A stretch of DNA of 64,000 nt from Scyliorhinus canicula (taxonomy: Eukaryota). Below are positions 10,545 to 23,556 of the stretch, in pieces (positions within the stretch are counted from its first letter, which is position 1; every line of letters starts with the position of its first letter). The stretch lies in assembly GCF_902713615.1 (NCBI RefSeq), contig NC_052162.1, forward strand, positions 127,124,653-127,188,652, written 5' to 3'. A model generated the notes under the pieces. The model was not told the origin of the DNA. It made no database searches and was given only the letters and a program-made list of their open reading frames with translations. The translations under genes and the position numbers were made by a program.

Positions 10545-11351
10545 ATGGAGAAACCGTGGAAATGTGGGGACTGTGGGAAGGGATTCAGTGCCCCATCACG
10601 ACTGGAAGCTCATCGACGCAGTCACACTGGGGAGAGGCCGTTCACCTGCTCTCGGTGTGGGAAGGGATTCACTCACTTATTCACCCTGCAGAAACACCAG
10701 CGAGTTCACACTGGGGAGAAGCCGTTCACCTGCTCTCAGTGTGAGAAGGGTTTCACTCAGTTATCCAGCCTGCGGTCGCACCAGCAAGTTCACACTGGGG
10801 AGAGGCCGTTCACCTGCTCAGTGTGTGGGACAGGATTCACTCGGTTGTGTAACTTGCAGTCACACCAGCGAGTCCACACTGGGGAGAGGCCATTCACCTG
10901 CTCAGTGTGTGGGACAGGATTCACTCGGTTGTCCAACCTGCGGGTACACCAGCGAGTCCACACCGGGGAGAGGCCGTTCACCTGCTCCCAGTGCGGGAAG
11001 GGATTCAGTGAGTTATCCAACCTGCGGGTCCACGAGCGAGTTCACACTGGGGAGAGGCCATTCACCTGCTCGGACTGTGGGAGGAGATTCTCCAAATCAT
11101 CCAACATGGTGTCACACCAACGACTTCACACCAGGGAGAGGCCGTTCACCTGCTCTGAGTGTGGGAAGGGATTCAGCGATTCATCCTCCCGGCTGTCACA
11201 CCAGCGAATTCACAGTAAGGAGAGCCATTCACCATCTCCAAGTATGGGCTGGGATTCACTCGATCAACCTACCTGCTCAAACACCAGCGAATTTACACTG
11301 GGGAGAGGCCATTCACCTGCTCCGAGTTGGGGAAGGGATTCTCTCGGTTAA
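10545..11351 (+). CDS. C2H2 zinc-finger protein B, 8 intact fingers, frameshifted tail
   Basis: accATGG MEKPWKC; 1-nt deletion (gagagccattc) after finger 8; acceptor ends 10290. Confidence 0.75.
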   Translation: MEKPWKCGDCGKGFSAPSRLEAHRRSHTGERPFTCSRCGKGFTHLFTLQKHQRVHTGEKPFTCSQCEKGFTQLSSLRSHQQVHTGERPFTCSVCGTGFTRLCNLQSHQRVHTGERPFTCSVCGTGFTRLSNLRVHQRVHTGERPFTCSQCGKGFSELSNLRVHERVHTGERPFTCSDCGRRFSKSSNMVSHQRLHTRERPFTCSECGKGFSDSSSRLSHQRIHSKESHSPSPSMGWDSLDQPTCSNTSEFTLGRGHSPAPSWGRDSLG

Positions 11352-11383
11352 CCTACCTGTAGGTTTACATCGACAAGAGGCTG

Positions 11384-12187
11384 TGATACGAACTCTGATT
11401 TTATCTTCAAATAAGAGTCACAGGTCCCGTTGCTTTGAGGTGTCTAAAATACAACCGTATTTGCTCAACATTCACCTTGATTCTCTAAAATTGAAAAAAA
11501 TAAATCAAATCTTAGATCCATTAATACATCAAAACATAATAACGAGAGTTAAACAAAAACATAAGAAAATATTAGAACATCAATAGATGGTTCAGAATTT
11601 ATTCAAGCATAAGTTCAGAACAAAACTTTAATCATGAAGCCTTATTCTTAATGAAATTCTGATCAATGATCTAATCCCTCATTTACTCTCATTGGTTTCT
11701 GCTTCTCAGCTGAAGCTTCCTGATTTATTCAAATATCTGTCTATCACTGAGAAAATGATTTGTTATCCAAGCATTGGGCATTACTTAACATTTATTAATG
11801 TCCATCATATTAATGAAATGTCTATGTGCCCCCGCTACATGTACCAATCCTACAAATATAAGGTGCTTGCATTAATCTTGCTGTTGCTAAAGCTTTGATA
11901 CATTTTTACTACTGAATGTTGCTGTTGTTCAGGTTGTGATGCATTTTCACGACAGATTTTGTTGAGGGACAATGGTTTGTTCATTACAAGGGGCTTTGAA
12001 GCAACTTTTCATGGAACATTGTTAGATTCCAGCTTAGCAGTTCTTATTTATTATCTGAAACAATGACTATCTTTCCACATTAGCCTTGTGGATATTCCAT
12101 TCACTGTCTGTGCTGAATTAAGAAATGTGTTGCATCAATTCTTAAAGGCACCAATAAATCCGTAAAGCAATAAATCAGTGAATATCT
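11384..12187 (-). mobile_element. LTR-like element A copy
   Basis: ggctg|TGATAC...TATCT|ggccg. Confidence 0.7.
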
Positions 12188-13130
12188 GGCCGTTTATCTG
12201 CTGTGTGTGTGGGAAGCGTTTTCCCTGTTATCCACCCTGCGCAGCTACCAGCGAGTTCACGAGTGATGACAGGGGTTGGACTCGGCTGTTATTGCTGCTG
12301 TTAATCTCACCCAGGACTGAACCATGTTCATTCTGACACTTGGTGAAGTGGGAAGGTCAGAGGGTTTCTCTCTGCTGGACTCAGTGGGGGGGGGGGGGGC
12401 TGAGGAGAGTTACGAGAACGGCACCAGGATTGAGGGACTTCAGTTAGTTGGAGTTACTGGAGCAGCTGAAATTGTTCTCTTCAGACCAGAGAGTCATTCG
12501 GGAAGGGAAGAAGGCCATTCAGCCCATTGACTTCATGCTGGCTCCTGTGGAGCAAACCGGTCAGTCCCATTTCCCTCAAGTGCCCATCCAACTTTCATTT
12601 TGAAATAGTTCAGGGTGTCTGCTTCCACCATCCTCACGGGCAGCGAGTTCCAGGTCATTACCACTCACTGTGCACCTCCCCCCACACTCACATCTTTCTA
12701 TTTTCATTCTTTCATGGGATGTGGTGTTTCTGGCTTGGGTCCAGCATTTGTTCTCCATCCCTAATTGCTGCTTTAGAAGGTGGTGGGTGAGGCACCTTCT
12801 TGAACTGCTGAAGTCTGTGTGGTGTCGGTAACAGCCCAGTAACACCCCCAGTGCTGTCAGGGAGGGAGTTCCAGGATTTGGACCCAGCGACAGTGGAGAA
12901 CAATGATATATATCTTCCTCGTACTAAAGCTTAAATGTGTGTCCCCCTTGTCCTTCTCCCATCATCTAATGGGAGCAGCTTTTCTTTGTCTTGTTCACCT
13001 ATATCCAATCACCCCTCAACCTCCTTTGCTCCAAAGTGAACAATCCCGGCTTCTCCATATGAGCCTTGTGGTTAAAATCCCTCCTCCAGAGAACCACTCG
13101 AAAAGTTACAGCCCAGAAAGAGGGCATTGT

Positions 13131-13320
13131 AGTGGTTTAGCACAGGGCTAAATCGCTGGCTTTAAAAGCAGACCAAGGCAGGCCAGCAGCACATTTCATT
13201 TCCCGTACCAGCCTCCCCGAACAGGCGCCGGAATGTGGCGACGAGGGGCTTTTCACAGTCACTTCATTTGAAGCCTACTTGTGACACTAAGTGATTTTCG
13301 TTTTCTTTTTCATTTCATTC
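13131..13320 (+). mobile_element. About 190-bp tRNA SINE with (TTTCA)n tail (copies 19537-19738, 48238-48410, 59622-59775, 60861-61052 on -)
   Basis: ggtttagcacagggctaaatcgctggc...gaagcctacttgtgac...ttcatttca recurs at these sites. Confidence 0.75.
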
Positions 13321-13404
13321 GTTCCATCTTGTCCATACCAGCCCGAGGAGACCCAGGTGCCCTTTCTAATCCCTGCTTCCTGCATCCGGCCCATAGCCCT
13401 GCCC

Positions 13405-13830
13405 TGGATCTCAGACAACAATGAGTCAGTACAGGAGGGAGATAGAGAACTTAGTAGCATGGAGCAACATCAACAATCTCTCCCTCAATGTCAGCAAAAC
13501 TAAGGAGCTGGTCATCAACTTCAGGAAGGGAAGTGCCGTCCACACCCCTGTCTGCATCAATGGTGACGAGGTGGAGATGTTTGACAGCTTCAAATTCCTA
13601 GGTGTGCAAATCATCAACAATCTGTCCTCGTCCATGCACATCAACGTCACAACAAATAAAACACAACAGCGCACATACTTCCTCACAAAAGTAAGGAAAC
13701 GCGGCCTGTCCACACTGACCCTCACCAATTTGACTCTAACCAATTTTTTCAGATGCACCTCTGGCTGCATCACAGCCTGGCATTGCAACTGCTCGGCCCA
13801 AGACCATGAGAAACGACAGAGAATCTTGTA
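13405..13830 (+). mobile_element. Rex1/Babar-like LINE RT fragment (copies about 48505-48915, 59870-60282)
   Basis: ENLVAWSNINNLSLNVSKTKELVINFRK...FKFLGVQIINNLS. Confidence 0.75.
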
Positions 13831-13950
13831 ATCAGCTGTGCACAACGGTCACGTTTAACATTATCAAGCATGTCATGTTGTGTAAGCACAGTTGCATTTC
13901 AACATATGATGCAGTGACATTTCTATGTAAATGTATAACAGTTCCAGAGT

Positions 13951-14254
13951 AAGGGGGATGTGTTGATATGCCTGTGCACAGTTCTGTACATAGTTAGATA
14001 TGTGACTTCCAACCAGCTGGTGGTGATAGAGATCCATCATGTGACTCGAGACACCCGCCAGTTGGCAGTGAGGCGGACAAGAAGATGGTCACACTTAGAG
14101 TAGCTGCAGGAGAATTCACTGAATTTATTAGTCATTGTCTGAATTGTAGTTTGTTAGTTTGCTTTCCACGTGTTTGTAGGTAAATCATCTTTCCAGTGAA
14201 AGAACCAGATGTTCTCTGTCCATCGTTACCACGGCCAGAACACAGAACAGAATA
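13951..14254 (+). mobile_element. Polypurine tract plus about 300-bp Gypsy-like 3' LTR (LTR copies 49081-49378, 60448-60745)
   Basis: aagggggatg precedes TGTTG; the other two copies end CAACA. Confidence 0.6.
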
Positions 14255-14669
14255 ACTTTTAGTTTGAGATTTGGTTTTCTTTTAAATGTAAGATAAATGG
14301 AAATTCTGGATTTGATAAAAACACCCTCAGGGAATTCCCAATCACAAGGTGTGGCCCATGTTGACAGAAGAAGTCAAAGCTGGAAGGGTAAGATCTGTAA
14401 AAGGGCAGCTGGGCTATTTTAGCTGGAGACCTGGAGACATCGAGTCTGACAATTACTGTCCTGTCTTTGTTACAGAGGTGAATTCTTCATGCAGACCTCA
14501 GTGTCGAATGGTTTGGTTTTGAAGCTAAAAGTCGATTAATATGAACATCTGTTGGACATCCCAATGAGTCTGTGTGACCATGGGGATCAGTGATTCAGGG
14601 TGGAGCCTTGGTTGGAATTCTAGGTGTTTCTCGCAGAAAGCAGGCAGTCTGCAGTTAGCGTGGAAGCAG

Positions 14670-15190
14670 TCAGCTGTGGGAGCAGGAGCTGTGAACCAGC
14701 TGTGGGAGCAGGAGCTGTGAACCAGCTGTGGGAGCAGGAGCTGTGTACCAGCTGTGGGAGCAGGAGCTGTGAACCAGCTGTGGGAGCAGGAGCTGTGAAC
14801 CAGCTGTGGGAGCAGGAGCTGTGAACCAGCTGTGGGAGCAGGAGCTGTGAACCAGCTGTGGGACCAGGGAGCCAGCTGTGGGAGCAGGAGCTGGGAACCA
14901 GCTGTGGGAGCAGGAGCTGTGGGAGCAGGAGCAGTGAACCGGCTGCAAGAGCAGGAGCAGTGAACCGGCTGCCGGAGCAGGAGCAGTGAACCGGCTGCCG
15001 GAGCAGGAGCAGTGAACCGGCTGCCGGAGCAGGAGCAGGGAACCGGCTGCGGGAGCAGGAGCAGGGAACCGACGGCGGGAGCAGGAGCAGGGAACCTGGC
15101 TGCGGGAGCAGGAGCTGGGAACCGGCTGCGGGAGCAGGAGCTGTGAACCAGCTGCGGGAGCAGGAGCTGTGAACCAGCTGTGGGAGCAGG
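14670..15190. repeat. 26-bp minisatellite (TGTGGGAGCAGGAGCTGTGAACCAGC)n, about 20 units
   Basis: Direct tandem repeat with variant units. Confidence 0.95.
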
Positions 15191-15294
15191 AATCTGGAAG
15201 GCCATGAGGAACCGGGGGTGTTCCTAATGTTTAAATCCCTCAGGTGGAAGGGAGTGAAGCTCGCGCTTGGACTGAAGAGTCAACAATTTATCTG

Positions 15295-15570
15295 AATGGT
15301 ACCATTTGTTTCAGCCAGGGTCACTACTTAAAGCTCTTTCCTCAGTCAGTGCACTGGAACACTCCCACTTGATTGTCTGTTTGTCTTGATGCTGTTTCTT
15401 CACATTGATGCTTAATATCATTGGAAACAGACAGAATAGCCAAACATTTATCCTTCTAGATTCAAAGGCCAATGATATGTAGGTTCTTAGAATCTGACAT
15501 TCACTTTTTGATATGACGTTTGGTGTGAAATTTCTGTCTGTAAATCCTCTCGTTCCGATAGCCGATAAAA
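15295..15570 (-). pseudogene. Truncated 5' part of - strand partner ZNF exon (copies about 50820-51090, 61980-62250)
   Basis: Reverse complement aligns to the + exon leader (ggcctttgaatctagaagga; agtgttccagtgcactgactg); acceptor ttttacag mutated to ttttatcg. Confidence 0.75.
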
Positions 15571-15882
15571 GGAGTTTACATAAATCATCACTGTCAGTAC
15601 ATAATAGAAATTCAGAACAGACAATTTAGTTTCTATGAAACATTCCTTCCTCTCATTCCCCAAAAGCTCTAAATCTCCACCCCACACACTCTCCCTCCAT
15701 TCTCACTCTGCTGTATCTAATATTCACCCTCCCAATTCTCCTGAAGGTGCTGATTCAGGCTGACTGACAGATCCCTGCTCACTGCTTCCTGTCCTGGACA
15801 CAGAGACCTGAAAATCTTCCTGCAGGCTGCCAGACGGATGTATGTCTACAATACTGGACAGAAAATGTGTGTAATATATAGA

Positions 15883-16507
15883 CTGGATTCACTTCCTTTC
15901 CCTTCAGTTGCTGCAAGTCCCCAATGCCCCCCCCCCAGAATGAGGAAAGAAATGGAAAGGGGGAAACATTGATTTCCTCCCAGATGTTGCAGAGGAGGAA
16001 TTTTTCGTCTTACTTCCGCATTGTGACGTCACAAGAAAACCCTGCCGGGATCAGCTAATAGGAATCACTCTGCCCGTGGTGACGTCAGCGGGCTCCAGTG
16101 CGCATGCCCGGCGCGGACACGGGAGCCCCGCCCCCACCCATTGTTCCCCACCCACCTCCTCCAGACAGGGTTTCCAGGCCACCGGCAGACGGCTCGGGCC
16201 AGAGCGAGAAGCCGCTCAGCGACCTCCCCCTTCCCCGGGACTGCGCATGTGGGGCTGAAAGCCCGACCTCTGACCTTCGGCTGAGTTGTTGACCAATGGG
16301 AAGATTGGGGAACCGGAATGACTCAGGTCCTCCAGCCAATCAGAGCGCGCGCTTTGTGGGACGACAGAGCTTCACACCGACTGAACCCTCCTCCTCTCCA
16401 ACATCTGTGAGTAAAACACTTTCTTTTCTCCCCCTTTCCATTTCTTTTCTCATTCTCACCTTCAATTGGTCACTTGCAGCAACTGAAGGGAAAGGAAGTG
16501 AATCCAG
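15883..16507. promoter_or_regulatory. Bidirectional promoter cassette P2; donor at 16407
   Basis: Same arms; TGTGACGTCACA, TGCGCATG, CCAAT motifs; right part of the core is divergent. Confidence 0.78.
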
Positions 16508-16819
16508 GGAGGGTGCAGACTCTGGAAAGGTTGGCCCAGGTCTCTCTCTCTCTCTCTCTTAAAGACATTGACATCCTTTGCTCCCCCAGCTTGTCACATT
16601 TATTTGTCTGGCTAAAAGGATGGCCTCTTTCCCAATGTTCACAATTAACGGGCTGCTTTCCCCAGGAGATGGCTGACATTTAAGGGGACAGGAAAATAAT
16701 TTTAAAAATTCATTCATGGGATGCAGTTGTTGATCGTTTGGTCAGTTTTATTGCCTATTCCTCCAATTCAGAAGTCATTTCAGAGACAACCGCTGTATGG
16801 GTCGAGTTAAATTCATTCG

Positions 16820-19410
16820 TAGGAGTGGTGCACAGGCCCTCAAACTGCATCAGTAACATTAGGAATAGCATTAGAGAGGGAAATCAGAGATGGATGTGAT
16901 AAAGGAATATCTGTGATTAAATTTGACTTTAATCTCCATATAGATTGGTTGAGTCAAAGTAGTCACAGTAGAATAGAGGAGGAATTTCTGGAGTGTAAAT
17001 GGGATGGTTTTCTGGACCACAAGTGTTGAGGAACAAACAAGGGAACAGGCCATCTTGGTCTGGGTGTTGTTCAATGAGAAAGGATTCGTTGGCAATCTCA
17101 ATGTGAGAGAATCTTTGGGGATGAGTGACCAGAAGATGATAGAATTCTTTATCAAGGGGGATCGTGAGGTTGTTGATTTTGTGTCCAGGGTACTGAATCA
17201 ATAAAGGTAACTATGATGAGATGAGACATGAGTTGGTATGATGGATTGGGAAATACTACTGAAAGGAAGAACTGTGGACAGGCAATGGAGACATTCAAGG
17301 AATGAATACGTGAACTCCAAAAGTTGTTCATTCCTATTTGACGCAATAGGAGAAAGGGAACTGTGGCCAAACCATGGCTTACAAGTGAAATTAGAGATTG
17401 TATTAGATTCAAAGAAGAGGCACACAAATTAGCAAGCAAAAACAATAGACCTGAGGATTGGGAACAGTTTAAAATTCAGCAAAGTCAGGCCAAGGGATTG
17501 GTTGAGAAGGGGAAAATACATTATGAAAGCAAGCTAGCGAGGAACATAGTAACTGACTAAAAGTTTCTCTAGGTTGTAAAGAGAAAAGGTTTGATAAAAA
17601 CTAATGTAGTAGACCAATTCGGTCAGTCAGTAGTAGAGAAATGGTTTGGGGGAAATTAATGGGATTGAGGGTAAATAAATCTCCAGGTCCTAATAATCTT
17701 CATCCCAGAGTACTTAGGCAACTGGCCCGAGAAGAAGTAAATCCATTGGTGGTCACTTTCCAACATTCTTTGGAGAGACTGGTTAGGTTGGGTTTGTTTT
17801 GTCTGGAGCAGAGAAGGCTGAGGGGGGACCTGATTGAGGTGTATAAAATTATGAGGGACGTAGATAGGGTGGGTAGGAAGATAGTTTTCCCCTTTGTGGA
17901 GGGGTCAATAACCAGGGGCATAGATTTAATGTAATGGGCAGGAGGCATAGATTTGATGGAATGGGCAGGTGGTTTAGAGGATATGTGAGGATAAGCTTTT
18001 TCACCCAGAGGGTGGTGGGAATCTAGAACTCGCTGCCTGAAAGGGTGGTAGGGGCGGGAACCCTCACAACATTTCAGAAGTATTTAGATGAGCCCTTGAA
18101 ATGCCAATGCATGGGGGAACAGATCGAAGACGGGACATGGGCTGATGCCCTGGAGAGAGTTAATTCTTCCTCCTCGTGTGCGCGGCTTAGCCTCATTCAA
18201 TTCAAGGTGCTGCACCGGGCCCACATGACTGGGACGAGGATGGGTAGGTTCTTTGGGGGTGAGGACAGGTGTGTCAGGTGCTCGGGAAGTCCAGCGAACC
18301 ATGCCCATATGTTCTGGGCATGCCCGGCACTGGAGGAGTTCTGGAAGGGGGTGGCGAGGACGGTGTCGAGGGTGGTGGGATCCAGGGTCAAGCCAGGATG
18401 GGGACTCGCGATTTTTGGGATTGGGGTGGAGCCGGGAGTGCAGGAGGCGAAAGAGGCCGGTGTGCTGGCCTTTGCGTCCCTAGTAGCCCAGCGAAGGATC
18501 TTGCTACAATGGAAGGATGCGAGGCCCCTAAGCGTGGAGACCTGGATCAATGACATGGCGGGTTTCATTAAGCTAGAGAAGGTCAAATTCACCCTGAGAG
18601 GATCGGTACAAGGGTTCTTTAAACGGTGGCAACCTTTCCTCGACTTTCTGGCTCAACGATAGGGTACGGGGACAGCAGCAGCAGCAACCCGGGGAGGGAA
18701 AAGGGGAGGGAAAAGGGGGGGGGGCGACAATGACTATGTTTGTTTATTTAATTTTAATATTTTTTAAGTTCTTTTGTTGTTCATTAGGGTTGGGGGGGTG
18801 GGGGGATGTGATACATGCGCCGATACGGTCTGGGGGTGTCACAGTTATTGTGGGTTATTTTGTTGCATTTTATTGTTTGTCGTTATGTTTTATATTTTCT
18901 GTAAAAAATTCCAATAAAAATTATATTAAAAAAAAGAAATGCCAATGCATACAAGGCCACAGGACCAAGTCCTGGAAAATGGGATTAGAATAGTTAGCTG
19001 CTTGATGGTTGGCGCGGACCCGATGGGCCGAAGGGTCCCTTTCCATGCTGTAAGACTCTATGACTGTGGAATAGTTCCCACAGATTGGAGGTGAGCTAAT
19101 ATAACTCTGCTATTCAAAAAGGAAGGGAGAGAGAAAACAGGGAACTTACACCAGTGAGCCTCACGTCGGGAACAGGGAAGTTGCTGGGGTCCATCATCCA
19201 GGATTTCACAGCACAGCATTTGGAAAGCAGTGGTGCAATCAGACAAAGTCAGCATGGATTTACAAAAGGGAAATCATGCTTGACAGATCTCCAGGAATTC
19301 TTTGAAGATGTAACTCGTAGAGTTGACCAGGGAGAACTGGTGGATGTGATTTATTTAGACTTTCAGAAGATTTTGACAAGGTCTCTCATGGCAGATTATC
19401 ATGTAAAGAT
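16820..19410 (+). mobile_element. Decayed CR1 ORF2 pieces in the intron of gene C (interrupted at 18113-18935)
   Basis: NKSPGPNNLHPRVLRQLA, LEQRRLRGDLIEVYKI, QSQHGFTKGKSCLTDL, VDVIYLDFQK. Confidence 0.8.
18113..18935 (+). mobile_element. 5'-truncated L1/Tx1 LINE with poly(A) and 15-bp TSD
   Basis: TSD gaaatgccaatgcat both sides; open frame with CVRC...HMFWACP; AATAAA and A tail. Confidence 0.9.
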
Positions 19411-19759
19411 TTTTTTGAAAACATTTTATTTAGGTATTTTTAATTTTATAATAACAGTAACAACAACAGTTAACAATGCAGATCCAAATATAAACATCGT
19501 GCATAAATCATCTCCATCCCTAACAAGCCCCTACAGGGGCTGATTTAGCACAGGGCTAAATCGCCGGCTTTGAGAGCCGACCAAAGCAGGCCAGCAGCAC
19601 GGTTCAATTCCCGTATCAGCCTCCCCGAACAGGCGCCGGAATGTGGCGACTCGGGGCTTTTCACAGTAACTTCATTGAAGCCTACTTGTGACAATAAGCG
19701 ATTTTCATTTCATTTTCATTTCATTTCATTTCATTTCAAGTCCCATCTACCCTATACAG

Positions 19760-21370
19760 ACAATAGGGTGTGTGTGGGCAGGCAAGAACCCGCGGGTCAG
19801 GGAGGCTTTTGTAGAGCGGGGGAGGGGAGGTTGGCGTTGCCAAATATAATGAATTACTACTGGGCGGTGAACATTGCCATGGTTAGGGAATGGGTAGTCG
19901 GGGGAGGGGTCAGTGTGAGGGCGGATGGAGGCGGCTTCATACAGGGGTACGAGCTGAAGGGCGTTGTTAACAACGCCTTTACCATTCTCCGGCTCGACAC
20001 TCTGTGAGCCCAGTGGTGGTGTTGGTTTGAAGGTGTGGGGGCAGTGGAGGCAGCATTTGGGACTGGAGGCTGCCTCGGTGTAGGCACCGATCTGTGACAA
20101 CCACAGGTTTGTGCCGGGGGGAGTGGGGGGGGATGCTGTTTGCAAGGTTTCAGGGATGGCGGCAGGCAGGGATTGAGCGATTTGGCAATCTGTTTATCGG
20201 GGGCAGATTCCCAAAAACTGGAGGACCGGGAGCTGGGGGACCGGGAGCTGGAGGACAGGCAGCTGGAGGACCGGGAGCTGGGGGACCGGGAGCTGGAGGA
20301 CAGGCAGCTGGAGGACCGGGAGCTGGGGGACCGGGAGCTGGAGGCCCGGGAGCTGAGGGACCAGGACCGGGAGCTTGATCATCGGGAGCTGGGGGACCGG
20401 GAGCTGGGGGACTGGGAGATGGGGGATCGGGAGCTGGAGGACAGACAGCTGGAGGACAGACAGCTGGAGGACAGACAGCTGGAGGACCGGGAGCTGGGGG
20501 ACTGGGAGCTGGGGGCCCGGGAGCCGGGGGCCCAGGAGCCGGGGGCCCGGGGCCCGGGAGCCGGGGGCCCGGGAGCCGGGGGACTGGGAGGAAGTGTATG
20601 AGCTGCCCAGGGGGAACAGATTTAGGTACTTGCAGGTCTGGGATTTAGTGAGGAGGGAGGTGCTGTCTTTTCCTGGGCTACCGCCCCTGGGTTGCAGGAT
20701 AAGGTCCTGTCGAAGGAGGAGAAAGGGGGAGGGGCAGGTGTCCGAGGTCTTAAGGAGTTGATAGACTGGGAGGGGGACCCTGGTGGGGGATAAAAGAATA
20801 AGTGGGAGGAGGAGCTGGGTGGGGAGGTGGAGGTTGGGACGCGGGCTGAGGCCTTGCGGAGGGTGAATGCGTCCTCGTGGTGTGTGAGGCTAAGCCTCAT
20901 TCATGGAGCACAGAGACGGTGGCACGGATGAGTGGGTTTTTTGAGGGAGTAGTGGGTTGGTGAGTGCGGAAGGCTCGGGAATCATGTCCGAAGCTGAAGG
21001 GGTTGCGGCAGGGGTTTGTGGACCCAATGTCCGAGGTGCTGGGGGTGAAGGTGGCCCTGAGTCCAGAGGTAGCCATATTCGGGGTATGGGAAGACCCAGG
21101 GGGGCGTGAGAGGCCGGTGTCTTGGCCTTTGCCTCCCTGATAGCCTGGAGGCCGATCTTGCTCAGGTGGAGGGACTCGGAGCCTCCGAATGCCGGGGTGT
21201 GGGTGAGCGACCTGACGAAATTCCTGAGGCTGGAGAAGGTCAAGCTCATCCTGAAGGGGTCGGTTGATGGGTTCGCTCGGAGATGGATGCCGTTCATTGA
21301 CTTCTTTAAGGAGGATTGAGGGGTCAGCAAAGCGCTGGGGGTGGTGGAAGGGGGGTTAAAATGGGGAAGG
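19760..21370 (+). mobile_element. Decayed L1/Tx1 ORF2 C-terminal region containing a 15-bp minisatellite
   Basis: LALPNIMNYYWAVN, ELPRGNRFRYLQV, LAFASLIAWRPILLRW. Confidence 0.8.
20217..20590. repeat. 15-bp G-rich minisatellite (GGGAGCTGGRGGACC)n, about 25 units
   Basis: Direct tandem repeat; reads DRELG/DRQLE in one frame. Confidence 0.92.
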
Positions 21371-21384
21371 CAGGATGGGGGAAG

Positions 21385-21692
21385 TGTTACATTCTGGTGC
21401 TTGGCCGCACGGAATTAGTGCACTAGAGAAGGTCTAGTTTGTGACTAGTTGAATGTTTATTGTTAAACAATAATGCGGGTCAGATAACACTAAGAAAACT
21501 ATCAAAATCTACGAACTACTATATTGCTATTATGAAATTATCTGCGAGCTATTACAAATGCGACTATCCACTATGGTGACTATCTCCAGACTCCCCAAAG
21601 GAACAGTGTCACGTAGATGTTCTTTACTGCCACCTGCTGGCTGGAGGTTGCAACCATTAATATTTACATGATTGCTGATGCATATCATCACA
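21385..21692 (-). mobile_element. Solo LTR, 308 bp, 5-bp TSD
   Basis: ggaag|TGTTA...TCACA|ggaag; shares a segment with the LTR at 13961. Confidence 0.75.
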
Positions 21693-23556
21693 GGAAGGGG
21701 GCGATAGTGGGGAGCAGTGGGAGGAGAGTGGGTGCTGGTTATTTCTATTGTGCGATTTTTCTTCTTTTCAATTAAAATGTCTGAATTAAGTAATTTTTTA
21801 AAAATGAATTGCAGAGCAGGCTTGAAGGGCCGAATGGCCACCTCCTGCTTCTATTTTCTCTGTATGTTTGTATGTGTTGCTGTGGATCTTGGGTCATATG
21901 TAGGCCGGACCAGGTAAGTTCGGCAGATTTCCTTCCCTAAATGACATGATAATAGTTGTACAAACTGTGTAGTTGATTGCTGGGAAGTATGTTTCCCGGG
22001 CTGTTTATTTGCGGTAACCTGTTTTAATACATGTTTGTAATAAAATACATTTTTTAAAAACATTTCTCTGTATTGCTGTGGATCTGGGGTCACATGTAGG
22101 CCGGACCAGGTAAGGACGGCAGATTTCCTTCCCTAAATGACATGAACGAACCAGTTGGGTTTTTACGACAATCGGCAATGGTTCCATGGTCATCATCAGA
22201 CTTTTAATTCCAGACTTTTACTGAATTCAAATTGCACCATCTGCTGTGGTGGGATTTGAACCCTGCTCCCCAGAGCATTTACAAAGCATCTGCTGTGACA
22301 AAGAGTCATCCAGACTGGAAACGTTAGCTCCCTTCTCTCCCCACAGATATTGTCAGACCTGCTGCGATTGTCCAGTATTTTCTGTTTTTGTTTCAGATTC
22401 CAGCATCTGCAGTAATTTGCTGTTCTCCCCAGAACATTATCCTGGATCTCTGGATTACTGATCCAGAGATAATACCACTGCACCATGCGCAGTGGCTAGC
22501 ACTGTGCCGAAGGACCGGGTACGATCCCGGCCCCGGGTCACTGTACGTGTGGAGTTTGCACATTCTCCCCGTGTCTGCGTGGGCCCCACCCGCCTTTTGA
22601 AATACTTTGCCTCCCCCTTCCGTCATTTAGATTGTCTGTCAGTTCCAGATTTCTCACATCCTCCTCCCCCATAGGGTTCAGTATATTGCTCATTATCAGT
22701 TCAGTTATATACACAGGGGCCGGTTTAGCTCAGACGGCTGGACAGTTGGTTAGAGATGCAGAGCGACGCCAACAGCGTGGGTTCAATTCCCGTACTGGCT
22801 GAGGTTATTCATGAAGGCCCACTTTCTCAACCTTGCCCCTCGCCTGAGGTGTGGTGATGGTCAGATTAAATCACCACCAGGCAGCTCTCCCCGCAAAGGG
22901 GAAAGCAGACTATGGTCATCTGGGACTATGGCCACTTTGCTATAGATACAAATGGAGAATGGAGAACGATTTTAAGGTCTGTCTGTCTGGGACATGAAAC
23001 AGTGACCATGGATCTGTTGCTCAAATTAAATCGTACCTTAACAAGAATTGTGAGGGTATATATTGGGTGGAGTGAGTGTTGGATGACTTTTGGGAAGGAG
23101 AGAGGATCGAATGTTCATAGAAACTAGAATTGTCTGTTCTGAATGTCTGTCCTGTACTGACAGTGATGATTGTGTGAACTCCTTTTACAGGATCTCAGAA
23201 GGTGAGGATTTACAGACAGAAACCTCAAAGCAAACTTCACATCAACATCTGACAGCGTCGCTCAATTCATCGGGACTGGAATATCATCGGCCTTTAAATC
23301 TAGAAGGAGAAATGTTTGTCTGTTCTGTCTGCTTCAGAATGTTTTAAACGTCAGTGTGATTGGAAATGCACCGAGACACACACACACCCGAGTGAGTGTG
23401 TTCCAGAGCACTGACTGTGGAAAGAGCTCTAACCAGTTACACAGACTGAAAAAACATCACACCATTCACAGCGGGGAGAGACCGTACACGTGTTCTGTGT
23501 GTGGACGAGGTTTCAACTGGGCGGTGAACCTGGAGAGACACAAGGGCACCCGCACC

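Noticed and set aside
14670-15190. CRISPR-like array
   Set aside because: Units are contiguous with no unique spacers; eukaryotic context; no cas genes.
20217-20590. Immunoglobulin switch region (GAGCT/GGGG words) or collagen-like gene
   Set aside because: Short, embedded in a LINE remnant, no Ig exons nearby; the ORFs are by-products of the repeat.
23356-23556. Longer N-termini given in the ORF track (also 4675, 44978, 56340)
   Set aside because: These use GTG/TTG starts unsuited to a vertebrate, and the region is not frame-conserved across paralogs.
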